DNA of 64,000 nucleotides from Antedon mediterranea. Taxonomy: Eukaryota > Animalia > Echinodermata. Position 1 is the stretch's first letter. Every line of letters begins with the position of its first letter. Position numbers and translations under genes: made by a program. The notes below the pieces were generated by a model. That model was not told where the DNA came from. It saw only the letters and a program-made list of their open reading frames with translations, and did not search any database. Of this stretch, positions 21,027 to 53,971 are shown one piece after another. The DNA lies in the NCBI RefSeq assembly GCF_964355755.1, contig NC_092679.1, positions 3,440,201 to 3,504,200 of the forward strand. The letters run 5' to 3'.

Positions 21027-24000
21027 ATGGACATAATCAGAGCATCAACAACTAGCATGTTTTCTGTCCAGGAGGAAATAAACGACACGTGTCCTGACTT
21101 TGATCCGACGGCTGGGGAACTTTTTGCAAGTAAGTCAGACGTCTGATCAACTCAACTTTTTACCACGGAGGCCCAGATTAACACATGGTTGTTCTTCTCT
21201 GTGGGACCGTGCATATACCTACATGGGAACGAATACCGACCCATATACTAATTGTGAAACGAAAGCACCATGGCACAACCAACCAAACCAAAAAAAGAGA
21301 TCTGATGCCTCTACAGTTCCATATAGCAACATAACCAAAGCAGGGATGTATAATAGGCATACCTCCCTAACCAAAGTATATCGATCAAAAGTGGCTTCAC
21401 TATTCGTACAGTACAGAATTAGCACTACTCTCACCATTAAGCTTGGTTCCCACTAGCGACGTAACGCAAGGACGTAACGCAACGATTTGACCAATCACAA
21501 GCGATGGATTATTCGAACAGTGGCTTGTAATTGGTCAACTCGTTCGCGTTGCGAGAACGTCCTTGCGTTGTGTATCTAGTGAGAAACACGCCTTACCAAC
21601 ATGTCGTTTGATACATCAACATCATTGTAAAGCGTGGTTCCCACTAGCGACGCAACGCAAGGACGTAACGCAACGCAAGTGAATTGACCAATCACAAGCG
21701 ATGGCTTATTCGCTTGTGATTGCTAACTGTCTATAACTTCGCTTGTCATTGGTCAACACGCTTACGTTGCGTTTACGTCCTTGCGTTACTTTCTAGTGGG
21801 AACCAAGCTTATCTAGCATCGGTACCGGTACCAAAACCACGCAATTATCACCACCACGGGAGAGAACGACTATTTAATTTATTGTATCTTTCCAGCAATT
21901 GGTGATCACCCCGGACTTCTCTCAATCTTGGTTGTATGCTCCATCATCACACTCGTCGAGTGCGTATTATTTTGTGAGGCTGCACACTACGTATCAATTA
22001 AAATACCATATACGGACAGACGAAATTGTATAATATGGATATTAGGTATCTACCCCGTGAGTATGCAAATAATATGCAAATTATAACTTTTGGTTATCCT
22101 ATATAGAATATACAATAGACACAGAATGTACCTCTAAATTCTCTCTTCATTGTTTTTTGTCAGGTTTTCTGTTTGTCGTCCTTACTAGGACTCTACATCC
22201 CTAGGTCAGCAGTATTATGTAACCTAACAGCGTCTGTGTAAGTAGCGATTGTAGTGTCGAGCGCAGGTAAAATTAAGGATAGCATGCATAACAGTGTGTA
22301 ATGTCAATATCAAGTATAACACATGCCTACATCTGTGTCTACACTATCAAACTTTATGTGAAAAACTGTGATGTGCCTTCATATGGACATGATGATGTCA
22401 TAACAGTACTTAGGCACATCACACTTTTTTTTTGTCAAACTAGTTTTATAGTGTAGACATGTTTGTGTCACATCAAGTTTAATAGTGTAGACAGAGTTAA
22501 ACTAAAATATTTATAATTTTTATCATCAGATATTTTTCGGTTTGTCTTTATCAATTCTTCATATTGATTATCGATTATTACGGAGGTCACAGTTCAATTC
22601 TTATGCAAATGAGTCATATAGAGGTGTCGCTACGGAGTCCACCGATTGGTTGCTTCTTTCCATGTCTGCCAACTTTTAAAATGACAGAGTAAGTACGACC
22701 GTCATGACGTCACAATATATTATATACAGTTAAGTCTATTCCTGCTGGGAAACGTTGGTGGGGAGGGGGTCCCCAGTTTCTTCCTACAGTTTGTACAATT
22801 GCTTGAGACGCGTATATACTCTCTCATATAACTTGTCTTTAATTTCAGAAAGAATTTCCTTCGTATAAAAATAGCAGTGTTCCAGTGCGCCTTGTTGAGG
22901 CCAAGTGTCTTGTTCATTACTGAAGTGCTATGGCTAAATGGTACATACGTCCCAGGCTCGGTGAGTTACCATTAATACATCATCACCATCTTAAGTGGTA
23001 TAGATATACAAAGACAACCGATTGTGACGTTGACTGACTGAAAGTATGTATCGGATTTGTGAACATTGCATGTTAAGCTAGGTTCCCACTAGGACCCAAC
23101 CCAAGGACGTAGACACAATGCAAGCGTGTTGACCAATGGCAAGCGACAGTTCGAATAATCCATCGCCAGTGATTGGTCAAACACTAGTTCTCACTAGGAC
23201 GCAACGCAATGTCCATATATGGGCACATCATATTTTTATTTTCACATAACGTTTGATTGTGTGAACAGAGCTTAAGATAGGTTAGTAACATTCTAAAATG
23301 TCATTGCATGTTTCTTTTTCAGTTAAATGCGGACGAGGCGTTCTTATGGATCAACATAATAACACTGATATCAACCATCATTGCAATCTATGCCTTCATT
23401 ATGTTCTATCGTGCGTCACGTGAGCCGTTGCATGGTTACAAACTTACCCCCAAGTTTATAGTTGTTCAGATGGCGCTGATTTGCAGCAATATTCAAATCA
23501 TTTTACTAGGAATTTTAGCCCTAACTGACGTCATACCGTGTGAAGACCCGTTCCCGTCTGATTCTCGTCACAATCGTAAGTATGAAACCCATTACAGTAT
23601 TGTGCGTTTAGGCCAGACCATTGGTTCCTACTTTGACGCAATGCAATGACGTAGCGTGAGAGTTGACCAATCGAAAGTCAAGCGAGAGTTCGGATGACTC
23701 TCGCGTCGTGATTGGTCAAGGTACTAATGCTTAGTTCCTACAACCAGAGACGCAACACAAGAACGTAACGCAATGTAAGTGAGTTGACCAATCGCAAGTG
23801 ATGGATTATTCGAACTGTTGCTTGTCAAATGGTCAACATGTTTGCGTTGCGTTTACGTCCTCGCGTTGCGTCCTAGTGGGAACCAAGCTTTACGGTGGGC
23901 TTATGTCCCTGGCGTTGCATCCAGTGGAAACGATAAAATCTAATGTGAAAAAAGGTACGGTAGTTCCAAACGATCTTTAAATCTGAATTGTGCGTTTTAA

Positions 24001-26522
24001 AGTTAGCAGCATGTTACATGTAAAACGAGGGACAACGCGATTCTTGATTTATGCTACTCTAGTGTGAAGGATGCCTATATTTCGACCCCACTACCGAACT
24101 TGGGCAAATCTGATCATAATTTGATTTTACTCAGTCCTAAATATCGCCCGTTAAATAAGACATGCCAACCAAAAATTATTAATGTACGTAAATGGTCTCC
24201 TGAAGCCGAGGAAGCCCTGATAGCGGAATTTGAATCTACCGATTGGGATATTTTTACGGAGGATGAAGATTTGAATAGTATTACTTATGCAGTGAGCTCG
24301 TACATAAACTTTTGTATTGATAAATGCGTTCCAGTTAAAAAAAGTGAAAATCTACCCTAACAACAAGCCATGGATCACGAAAGGCGTTAAATTACTGTTG
24401 TGTGAGAAACGTAAAGCCTTTAAGATGGGCGACTCTAATCGTATGAAAATATTGACTAGAGAGATTAAATCTGAAATAATGAAACAGAAGAACATTTATA
24501 GGAAAAAAGTTGAACATAACTTCAGGTCTAATAATATGAAACAAGTTTGGCAGGGTATGAAACTTATGAGTGGTTACACAAACGGTGGTAATACACCCAC
24601 CTCGATTCCGAATGTTACTGTGCAATATGTTAATGAGTTAAATGAATTTTATAACCGTTTTAATGTTCATGATTTTAAAAAAGAAAGAGAGGCTCTATTT
24701 AGCTTGTGTCGGGTGACTGAAGATGATCCCAAATTTAGTATAAGCATTTCTGATGTACATAACGAATTCATGAAACTCAATTCATCGAAGGCTGCTGGGC
24801 CGGATAGAATCCCACCACGAGTACTTAAGGTCTGCTCTCCTCACCTTGATGGTATATTTACATTTATTTTCAATATGTGTCTTTCTTATCATGCGTTCCC
24901 GGATATTTGGAAACTTTCATGCATAATACCGGTACCTAAGAAACCTAAGATTAACAGCATGAATGATTTGAGACCCGTTGCACTCACGTCTGTCGCGATG
25001 AAAATATTGGAACGTATTATTTTAAAAATTATGCAACCTTATGCTGAAAAAGTGTTAGACCCGTTGCAATTTGCTTACCGATCACTCCGTAGTACCAGTG
25101 ATGCGATTTATTTTAAATTACATAAATTGTATTCACATCTAGATAATGTAAAGAAAGGCCACTCGGCACGTATTATGTATTTTGATTTTCAATCTGCGTT
25201 TAATACCATACAACCCCATATCTTAGCAGACAAAATGTTGAATATGGAGTTTCCCCGTCCGATTGTTCGTTTAGTTTTAAATTTCATTTGTGATAGAAAA
25301 CAATTTGTTAATATTAATGGTGTTAAGTCAGAAATCGTAACCTCTGACACCGGTGTTCCTCAGGGTACTGTCAACGCACCTAAATTATATTCCTTGTATA
25401 CGGCGGATTACAGATCTTTAAATGATGAGCTTTGCCCAGTTGTTAAATTCGCTGATGACACTAGTACTATTGGTCTCATAGTTTCAAACAATGATGAAAA
25501 TTATCGTAGCGAAATACAAAGATTTGTTAAATTTTGTGACGATAATTATCTCCAAATAAATGCATCAAAAACAAAGGAGATGATCATTGATTTTAGGACT
25601 AAACATAAATTTAAATTTAATTTTCAACCAATCACTATCAAAGGTAAAGAAATTGAAATTGTTGACCAGTACAAGTATCTAGGAATTGTTTTCAATGATA
25701 AACTGAGTTGGGGAGACCATATAGACTTCATCAGCAAAAAATTAAGTCCCAGAATGTATTGTATGAGAACATTATATAAATTTAACTCCTGTGATTTGAT
25801 GTTACTTTCGTTCTATAGATCCGTTATATGTAGTGTTTGGACGTATTGCCTCTCCTGTTGGGCTGGTAATGTTACCGGAGGGAATAAAGAACGCCTTGAA
25901 ACTTTCATTCGTCGGGCTGGTAAAATGATTGGTCTGGAACTGCCTTCCTTTACCGATGTGCACCTAGAACACCTCCAGAAAGATTTCGAACGCATTGAGT
26001 CGGATGCCTCTCATCCTCTCCACAAAGTGATCATAGACCAACTTAATCCAAGTGGTAGATTGAGGCTCCTCAGTGTGAAAACAAATCGATTTGCTAAATC
26101 CTTTATTCCCTCCGGTATCATCCAGTACAACAGGAAGTCAAGAAGATAATTTTATATTGTAATTTTTTAGATGTTTTTATATGAATGGTTTTATGCTATA
26201 TTTGTTTTTATAGTGTTTTCTTTGTTATTATGACGAGCAATGAATTTCCTTTTTGAGGATCAATAAAAGTTATCTTATCTTATCTTATCTTATCTTATCT
26301 TTATCATTTCATCTATTTACAGAATGGCAATGCACAATCCTAACGCTAGAATCTGCCATCATCTTCCCGTTCGTTTTGAAGTTTTTTCGCACAAGAAATG
26401 GAAACGTTGTTAGTATACTCGGTAATGACCGCGTGAAAGAGGTGCGAAACGGTCATACGAGTCTACGAAGAAGTCAAAGCACGGATTCAATGGTATACGG
26501 AAATACATACGTCACACTATGA
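21027..26522 (+). CDS. SLC51A: Organic solute transporter alpha-like (OST-alpha/SLC51A), 7 coding exons
   Basis: Exons 21027-21129, 21896-22056 (IIWILGIYP), 22164-22237 (GLYIPRSA), 22530-22688 (DYYGG, PPIGCFFPCLP), 22849-22960 (FQCALLRP), 23323-23575 (KFIVVQ), 26323-26522; phases compatible, multiple hydrophobic segments. Confidence 0.85.
24007..26302 (+). mobile_element. 5'-truncated non-LTR retrotransposon (Rex1/Babar-like) with APE C-terminus and reverse transcriptase
   Basis: QHVTCKTRDNAILDLCY...LGKSDH, then a +1 shift in an A7 run (24337-24343), RT motifs DFQSAFNTI, GVPQG, KFADD, YKYLG; stop 26149; AATAAA at 26262 and (TCTTA)n tail. Confidence 0.93.
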
Positions 26523-27877
26523 AGCCTTACGTCAGCGTGCTGCTGGTGTGTTTTTAATTGGGGTTCCAATTACGTCATGAATCTAGTAACTGTATTTTAG
26601 TCTAGTTTATGCATACGGTACGTCACGACGACATACATCACGCTTGACGGCATGTCACTCTTGACGGCACACGTCACGCTTGACGTCATCCAAAGATGGG
26701 GGAACGCATGTAAGTACAGCTTCCGAAAAAATTGACCTCGACAAAAATGCTGATAAGTCGGTATATACGCCGACCTGACCAATGTCCATTCTAATTGTGA
26801 GTACTGTCTTATTATACGACCAAAAGTTGGTTCCCACTAGAACTTAACGCAAGGACGTAAACGCAACGCAAGCGTTTTAACCAATGACAAGCGAAGTTAT
26901 AGACAGTTAGCAATCACAAGCGAATAAGCCATCGCTTGTGATTGGTCAATTCACTTGCGTTGCGTTACGTCCTTGTGTTGCGTCGCTAGTGGGAACCACG
27001 CTTTATTGTTGAGGCCGGCTAAAACCACTAAAAAGAACATTGTACTGTATATATACATTATAGATAAAGTGGTTGGTAAAAAGATGAAGATATAATGCTT
27101 TTCCAACTTAACAAAAGTGTCATTTAAGCCATTTAAATGAAAAAGAAACTATGTTTATTATTAATTGGTATATTTTTCTTTGGTTTTGATAAATCATAAT
27201 CAACCAAATTCATTTAATTAATCAATTATATAATTTGTATTTATTTTCATTGATCCAATCATTTACACAAGTAAAAAATGGTAATATTTTTTTAAAAATT
27301 ATAATTTATATGCTGTGTTTTTGTTAAATAAATGTAGAGAAACAATTCCAACAGCTTGTTTTTGTACTATTCTTTAGTACTGTGATATTTATTTAAGAGT
27401 GAGTTATTAAATAGACATTTTTTTTTTGTGGAATTTGGATATTATAAATCATAGGGTATAACTAAAAGAGAGGAAGCATATAAATACTGCATACTAGACA
27501 CCACAAGGCTTCCAAATAAAAAACTGGGATGTAGCTACATTTGTAAGTTGGTTATAAATATTTGTCAAGTTTAAAAACTGTTTATTTAACTATCTTATAA
27601 TTATAGATTAATTAAAATGTTTTTAAATTTATCTAAAGTTATGGGAATTAATTCTATACTTGATTTAACTATTTTATATGAAATAAAATTAAAATTTCCG
27701 TACTACTGTTTAAGTCACAAAGAGTGAATAATTTTAATCACAATTTCAAGCAATTCGGCCAATGTAATTTCTCCAAACTTTTTTCCTATATTCTAATCAA
27801 TAGCATTTAATATCAATACTATTTTAATATCATAATTATCACTGATTTTATCAAAATCTTAGGTGTAATACCTGACC

Positions 27878-47449
<19,572 letters not shown>

Positions 47450-48767
47450 AGTGCAAATTAAATTAAAGATTTTTTACAGAATCTGACAACGTGTGCACAC
47501 ACAGCAGCCAAACGATACTGTTGTTTCGCTCGAGTCAGAAATGTATTTATAAGATTTATTGTATACTGCCCTCTATAATAAATTGCGAACTGTTACATCA
47601 TATTAGAACTTTTGTCCTGTAGTGCATGCCTGGTTTAATTAAATTACAACACTTTACTATAAATTGGTGTGGCTTTTGTCTTTTTATCATACCACTGAGT
47701 GATTGATGAATTCTTACCTATTGTTTGATGAGTCTCTTATAGTAATGCTTTTTTTGGGAATTTAATGACATTTTATATTTACCGCGTAACAGCAAATCCG
47801 AACGCATTCCAGTAAATGATTAAACACATGATTATTAGAATTATATCGACGCTCGCTTCTATCAATACTTTTATGCTCGTTTGCTAGAACATATGAGTAA
47901 CTACGGTTCGTCACTCCAAGCCGACTTTGCTGCGTTTTGTCGCATGAAATAGTTTCTCTATGATCAATGCGTTTCACATACAGGAAAAAGAAAAAAAGGA
48001 AAAAGAAAAAAAGGATAAAGAAAGTGCTGTATGAAACAAAAAAATAGGACGTTTACTAGTGACTTGTGCAAACAAGATTGGCCAACCAATTGTCTGCTTG
48101 TAACTTTGATGAATAGTGTATTCTACAGCTATGTCTACACTATCAAACTTTATGACAACAAAAATGGATGGTGTCATATCACTACTATATTTGGGCACAT
48201 CATATTTTTTTGTCCCATTATGTTTGATTGTGGAGACAGAGCTTTAAACTGGACGTCTGTGTGTGTGATGATGTTACATCTAAAGGAGCAGAATTACTCC
48301 ATGATATTTAAAGGATGACGAAAAGAAAAGGAACTTTATATATATATATATATTGATGTGCATTGTCCATTGAGATCCAGCCACTGATACCCACATCACA
48401 GCATTGTCATTTTTTTCAGTATTTTGCCTTTGGATTTATATATTGATGTGCAATTAATTTAGTTATAGACATCGCTTCAACTTATTTATTTTGATATATC
48501 AACAAAAATATGTGCAAATCAATCAATAAACAATATGTACACATTTTCTGAACAAAGATCTTTTATTACGGAATCCTCATAGGCGTTTCCAGAATGTTAT
48601 ACTGTATGTACATTTATTAGCATTAGTATAAGTGGTTTGCACAACCATATCAATGGGTTCCTTTCTTTTGTTTCTTTCCAATATTTAAGATGTTGTTTGT
48701 TCTACAGTCTTTATCTTCTCTTATCTAACAACAGCGCTACTCCCTGAGAATCCATAAGCTTGATCTG

Positions 48768-50531
48768 TTAGTCCAACTGAAAATAAAAAACAAAGTTTCT
48801 TGAGTAATTGTTCATTCAGTTGTTTAATCAAATTTATGTAAAATGAGGCATGGGCTTGTTTCTGATACAAGCCTCTTGAACCTCCTAAGGGCCAATTTAC
48901 AGACGAGCGGAAACTATGTAGCTTGTCCCACATAGAATCTGTATCTATCCAGAACGGAAAACCTCGCGTCCGCTCCACATTTTGTGTAAATGGCCATAAG
49001 AAATAACATAGATGCTATATTTTTATTACCGTTACCACTCATCTGTGTAAATTGGCCCTTACATGGTAATTGCAATATACATTATTATAGTGTTATATTA
49101 AATCTCTCTGCTCATTGAAATACTAGCTGCTGTACTACTGTTATTGTCTGGTGTGCATTTAATGTGTGGTAGCCATAATAGAGCTACTGTATTGTACCAA
49201 AAACCGTTAGCATTTAAACATTTTAACTAGATATTAAAATTATCATTTTAAACCCAGAGCTACACTTTAATGCTGTTAAGATTTATATTCTATAATAAAC
49301 AATACTCGGATTTTGTACGAACATATTTTTGGAATGAAATATAGTCAAATGCAAATATTTACCTTCTGGAAACCAATATCATTAGCATACATTCTGAAGC
49401 ACTGCCTACAAATGTTTAAGCCATACTTTCGGATAAGACCATGCCTATTGCCACATACACGACTGAAAAATACAATAATATAATAGTTAATTAATACAAT
49501 AATGTACAGTAATTAATCTGTTTTGGTATCGGGTTGCCCTAGCAGCTACCTGGGGCCTGGAAAACTAAGCAATATTTATTAATGCGCAGTCTGCAATTAT
49601 GCTAGCCGTCCTGCAATCCAGGAAATTTGACACCTATATCAAGATCAATAACTGGAATGGTGAGAAACAGTCAGTGGAAAGCAACCAATGTGCACCTGTA
49701 CATTCGGCTGGCTTTAGGATGAAGCGAGCAATTCCAAATAGACACAACCTACACCAGTCTTTATCATTGACCACGGAACATTTTCGCCAGTGTAGCGTAG
49801 CAAAAAGCTATACAAAACAACCTTATTGCTACACATTTTGAAAATTGTGTAGCAAAAAATACAATACAAAACTATGTTTCTCGACTTAAAAATCAGTTTG
49901 ATTGGCAATATTGCTAAACAAAATTTTTAAATGAAAATTTTCCCTGTTGACAATGACATTATTTATCAAACGTAATAGCTCCGCCTCTCTAGTCAGGTCT
50001 ATACTCTAGCTAGAGCCTAGGCTATTATATAAATTTAGTAATAACTAACTCTAGGCCTAGGCTCTAGCCTAAAAGTATTAGTATAGTAGTAGTTGTAGTA
50101 GGCAGAATAGATTATTATAATGTATAAAATTGAGTTACGCTTTAGTTAGGGGTAGATTGCAGCCACTTTGTACTAATTATTTTAGGCTTCCTTTTCTTGT
50201 CATCAACATCATCAAATATTTAACTTTTGATTCCCAGCCCATAGAGTTTGTAGGCAGGCCCATCGTCCATCATTCAATCGCAATTGTCCGCCGCGACACA
50301 TGTTCATGAATTGGATGGTGTTCTGTCGCGCGCACACACCGCACTGCATGCGGCTAACTTATAAACCGGTAAATTTGTTATTTTCAGCATGCAAGTTTCA
50401 ATAAATTTATTCAATTCACAAAGTAAAATAAATATTAAACATTCCTAGCCATAAATATTATCAATTTACCATGTCCTAGAGCCTGGGCCAAATTTTCTTG
50501 GATGAGAATACCAAATATTATCGAAACCCAT
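48768..50531 (-). CDS. RPS29: 40S ribosomal protein S29 (uS14), 3 coding exons, 56 aa
   Basis: 50531-50470 [20 protein letters not shown], 49462-49363 [34 protein letters not shown], 48776-48768 LD-stop; C4 zinc motif intact. Confidence 0.97.
48888..49039. mobile_element. Harbinger-like MITE in RPS29 intron 2
   Basis: AGGGCCAATTTACAGA...TGTGTAAATTGGCCCT termini with TA-rich flanks. Confidence 0.6.
49772..49946. mobile_element. hAT-like MITE with 5-bp TSD (copy 1)
   Basis: TTGAC at 49767-49771 and 49947-49951; closely similar to 53342-53517. Confidence 0.75.
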
Positions 50532-50546
50532 GATGGCGATTTATGC

Positions 50547-50553
50547 GAAAGGC
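50547..50553 (-). promoter_or_regulatory. Polypyrimidine initiator (TCT/5'TOP-like) of RPS29
   Basis: Minus strand CCTTTC about 16-22 nt upstream of the ATG, as expected for ribosomal protein genes. Confidence 0.5.
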
Positions 50554-53341
50554 CGATATACCTTATTCTCACAACGTTGGTTGAAATAATTACCCACAAT
50601 TCAATTAAATCTGTTCACGATTTGTTTTATCATAAATGGTGTTGTATTGTATGATATATTTCACAGCAAACTTATATTTGGTATTAATTAAAGTCTAAGT
50701 AGTTAAGTTTGCTTATTCTAGATTTTTATTTTTTTTCTAGCAATTTAAACGGTTTTATATGGTATGGTGGATTATTGATGGGTGTGGTTTTAAGGTAAGA
50801 CCATTCGCGGCGAGTACTCTGGTTCCCGGCGGCGATTTTATTAATAACATATGGAACGCCAAAAATGCATTTACTCTTATATTCAAAGGCTATTATCTGC
50901 AAAGGGGCCAGGAGATAATAATTGTCTTTATTGATCGTATGGTACGTGATGCTTATTCAATAATATACTGTGTACAATATCATTTTATCATCACCACATT
51001 CATGCATCATCGTCGCATTAAAGTACTCAAAAAATAAATGACATTACACCACAATAAATAACTTCTAAGTTCTAATAAAATGTTTTTAATTCTACCTCAC
51101 AATGGTTCATAAAAAATCATAAAATATGTAGGCCTACAAACTGTGTACCGTAATAGTATGGTTATCAACAAACGTCACAAAATACCAATATTAAGCATTC
51201 TCGATTTGTATCATTTTCCAATATTTTACTACACTGTGTAGGCCTACTACTACTACATAGCCAACATGCAACATTTTTGTAGGCCATGCGTTACGGTCAT
51301 GCACTTGTTGTGAGCGTTGGATTACCATGTCTAATTAACGGTAGGAAGGAGATATGACCGGTTACATCCGCTGAAGGCGTGTTATCTCATCCTCCTTGAG
51401 AACATTGAAAAACAGCATTGATTATACACATAATAATTGGGCATACACACAGTATACATTACTACTAATACTATTTACGTTTACTGACCTAAAATATTAT
51501 TAAGGAGACATATAATTCGAGCGCTTAAATTAAAATAAAAATTGTGCGGGCAAAAATATGGGTGCGCGCGCACATAATGTGGCTTTGGGTGTGTGCGCAC
51601 TCGATAAAAATACCCTGTAAATTTAAACATTTTAGCACCCGGTTCTAGCACCATTTTTGAAGCACCAATATCTTAATAATACATAATAACGCCACATTCT
51701 TTAAACTAATTAAAGTTATGCTTATCATCAGTAATTAGTAATATTTTTTGACACACTATTCCATAAGACTATCATTAACGGTTTAGGCTTAGTAGAACCC
51801 ATAATTTGAGACACCTCCATTCAGGGGACACTGTTGTATTCAGGTGTCCCCTTATGATGGCATGGTTCTGCTGCATCCAAAACACGTACCTCTCAAGTCA
51901 AAATGACATATGTATGTTAAACTGTTATACTAAGTTACAGTACGTTCTGTATTTTTGAGTTATTTAATTTCTGTACTACATAAATATGGTTTGATATCTT
52001 ATTAATTACTGTATGAGTTACTGGAATAATATATCTGGTATATTGCATTCAAGTTAAATATCTATATTGTCATATTGCAACAAACTAGCTATCCCACTAG
52101 CGACAAGCAACACAAGGACGTAACGCAACGCAAGTGAATTAACCGATCACAAGCGATGGCTTATTCGCTTGTGATTGCTAACTGTCTATAACTTCGCTTG
52201 TCATTGGTTAAAACGCTTGCTTTGCGTTTACGTCCTTGCGTTACGTTCTAGTGGGAACCACGCTTTACGGATCATGTCAAAATTATTCTACTGCAGTTAC
52301 TGCATGACATTTTAAAATATTATATTATTATTTATATATATCATTTTTTTTTATTTTCTGGGGTCTTTCTCGAGACAAGAAACTTGATTTCTTCTAGAGA
52401 AGACCCCAAATGATGGCTTATTAACATGTTTTCATTTATGTACACACCTATATATTATACTGTATAATGCCATTGTTGAACAAATAAATGTTTTTTGAAC
52501 TTATTTGATTTTTTGTTTGTTTATGAGAAGTTATGAGGAAATCAAGAAACGGTGTGTAATAGTTTCCCTGGAGGAAATAAATAGTTATTAGTTTATAGTT
52601 AGTTCTGGTAAGAGAAAACTAGTGCTAGATAATTGCATGAGGAAACAAAACGTAGTTACTGCAGTAACTGCAATAGAATAATTTTGACATGGTCTCTTAG
52701 TTATATATATTATACCGTTATTCTTAAAAATATTATTATTATAAGCATAGAATCTTGAACAATATAAATATTGCCTGTTTGTTGATACGGTATTACTACA
52801 GACAACTCAATACAAGAAAACTTTCTTAATATGTCATAGTATGTCATGTAGAATTCTATGTAAATGTATTGCAGGAAGGGAGACAGTTAAATCTCACTCT
52901 TAGGCTCTTTCTACACTATCAAACTAATTTGACAAAAAAGTGTGATGTGCCCATATATGGTAGTGATATGCCCCAATATGGTAGTTATATGACGTCATCG
53001 TGTCCATATAAGGGCACAGCACATGTTTTTGTCACATAAAGTTTGATAGTGTAGACAGAGCTTTAAAGGAATAAAATACCATTACATCGACTGTCAAATT
53101 ATTGCATATTGTGTATATGGATATATTTGTTGTCGATACTATTAGAAAAGTAAAGAATACGACCAATATCAGACCAGGTGACCATTCTAAAGCTCTGTCT
53201 ACACTATCAAACTGTATGTCCACCATACTGTATATGGACACGATGACGTCATATAACTACAATATTTGGGCACATCACACTTTTGTTGTCAAACTTGTTT
53301 GATAGTGTAAACAAAGCTTTATGGATGCATGATCACCATGG

Positions 53342-53517
53342 CAGGGAATAATTTCGCCAGTGTAGCATAGCAAAAAGCTAAACAAAACAACCTTATTGCT
53401 ACACATTTCTAAAATTGTATAGCAAAAAAGACAATACAAAACTATGTTTCTCGACTAAAAAATCAGTTTGATTAGCAATAATTGCTAAACAAAATTTTAA
53501 AATGAAATTTTTCCCTG
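53342..53517. mobile_element. hAT-like MITE with 5-bp TSD (copy 2)
   Basis: CAGGGAATAATTTC...GAAATTTTTCCCTG with CATGG at 53337-53341 and 53518-53522. Confidence 0.8.
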
Positions 53518-53971
53518 CATGGACCTGAACCTGAACCCAGAAACCTATTCCTTGAATTGAAAAGATCGTCCTAATATTGCTCTTAGTCTTACGCTCATTG
53601 TATCCAGAAAATCAAAAGAAACATCCTTTCTAGTATCCATTGCCTGAAAGCCTTAGTTTTTCACAATCGCGTACGATTGGTCATATAAACATCTGGCAAA
53701 AGCAACATGCTACTATACTATCCTTCGTAAAAATACTATCAATTTTAAAATGACTGAAAAGATTTGTAGGCCCTTACTGCATAAAAATGAAACTTAACTC
53801 CTAAAATGTTTTTTTTTAAATAGAAAAATAAAGCGGCGGCGCGGCAAGGGTCACAATCGCGCACGGTACGATTGATCATTTAGTGCTACGCTAAAGTTAA
53901 ACAGCAATTGATGAAATCAAACAAAGTTCTTTGGTATCAACATGCCCTTGCGATACAAGCTAAAATAACTA

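Noticed and set aside
48835-48886. Hairpin plus ACA resembling an H/ACA snoRNA 3' half in RPS29 intron 2
   Set aside because: A MITE sits directly against it, no clear 5' hairpin or H box, and similar stem-loops (e.g. 52360-52408) look like retroelement 3' ends.
50140-50160. Telomerase RNA template-like CTACCCCTAAC on the minus strand
   Set aside because: Mismatch to CTAACCCTAAC and no pseudoknot or H/ACA domain could be built.
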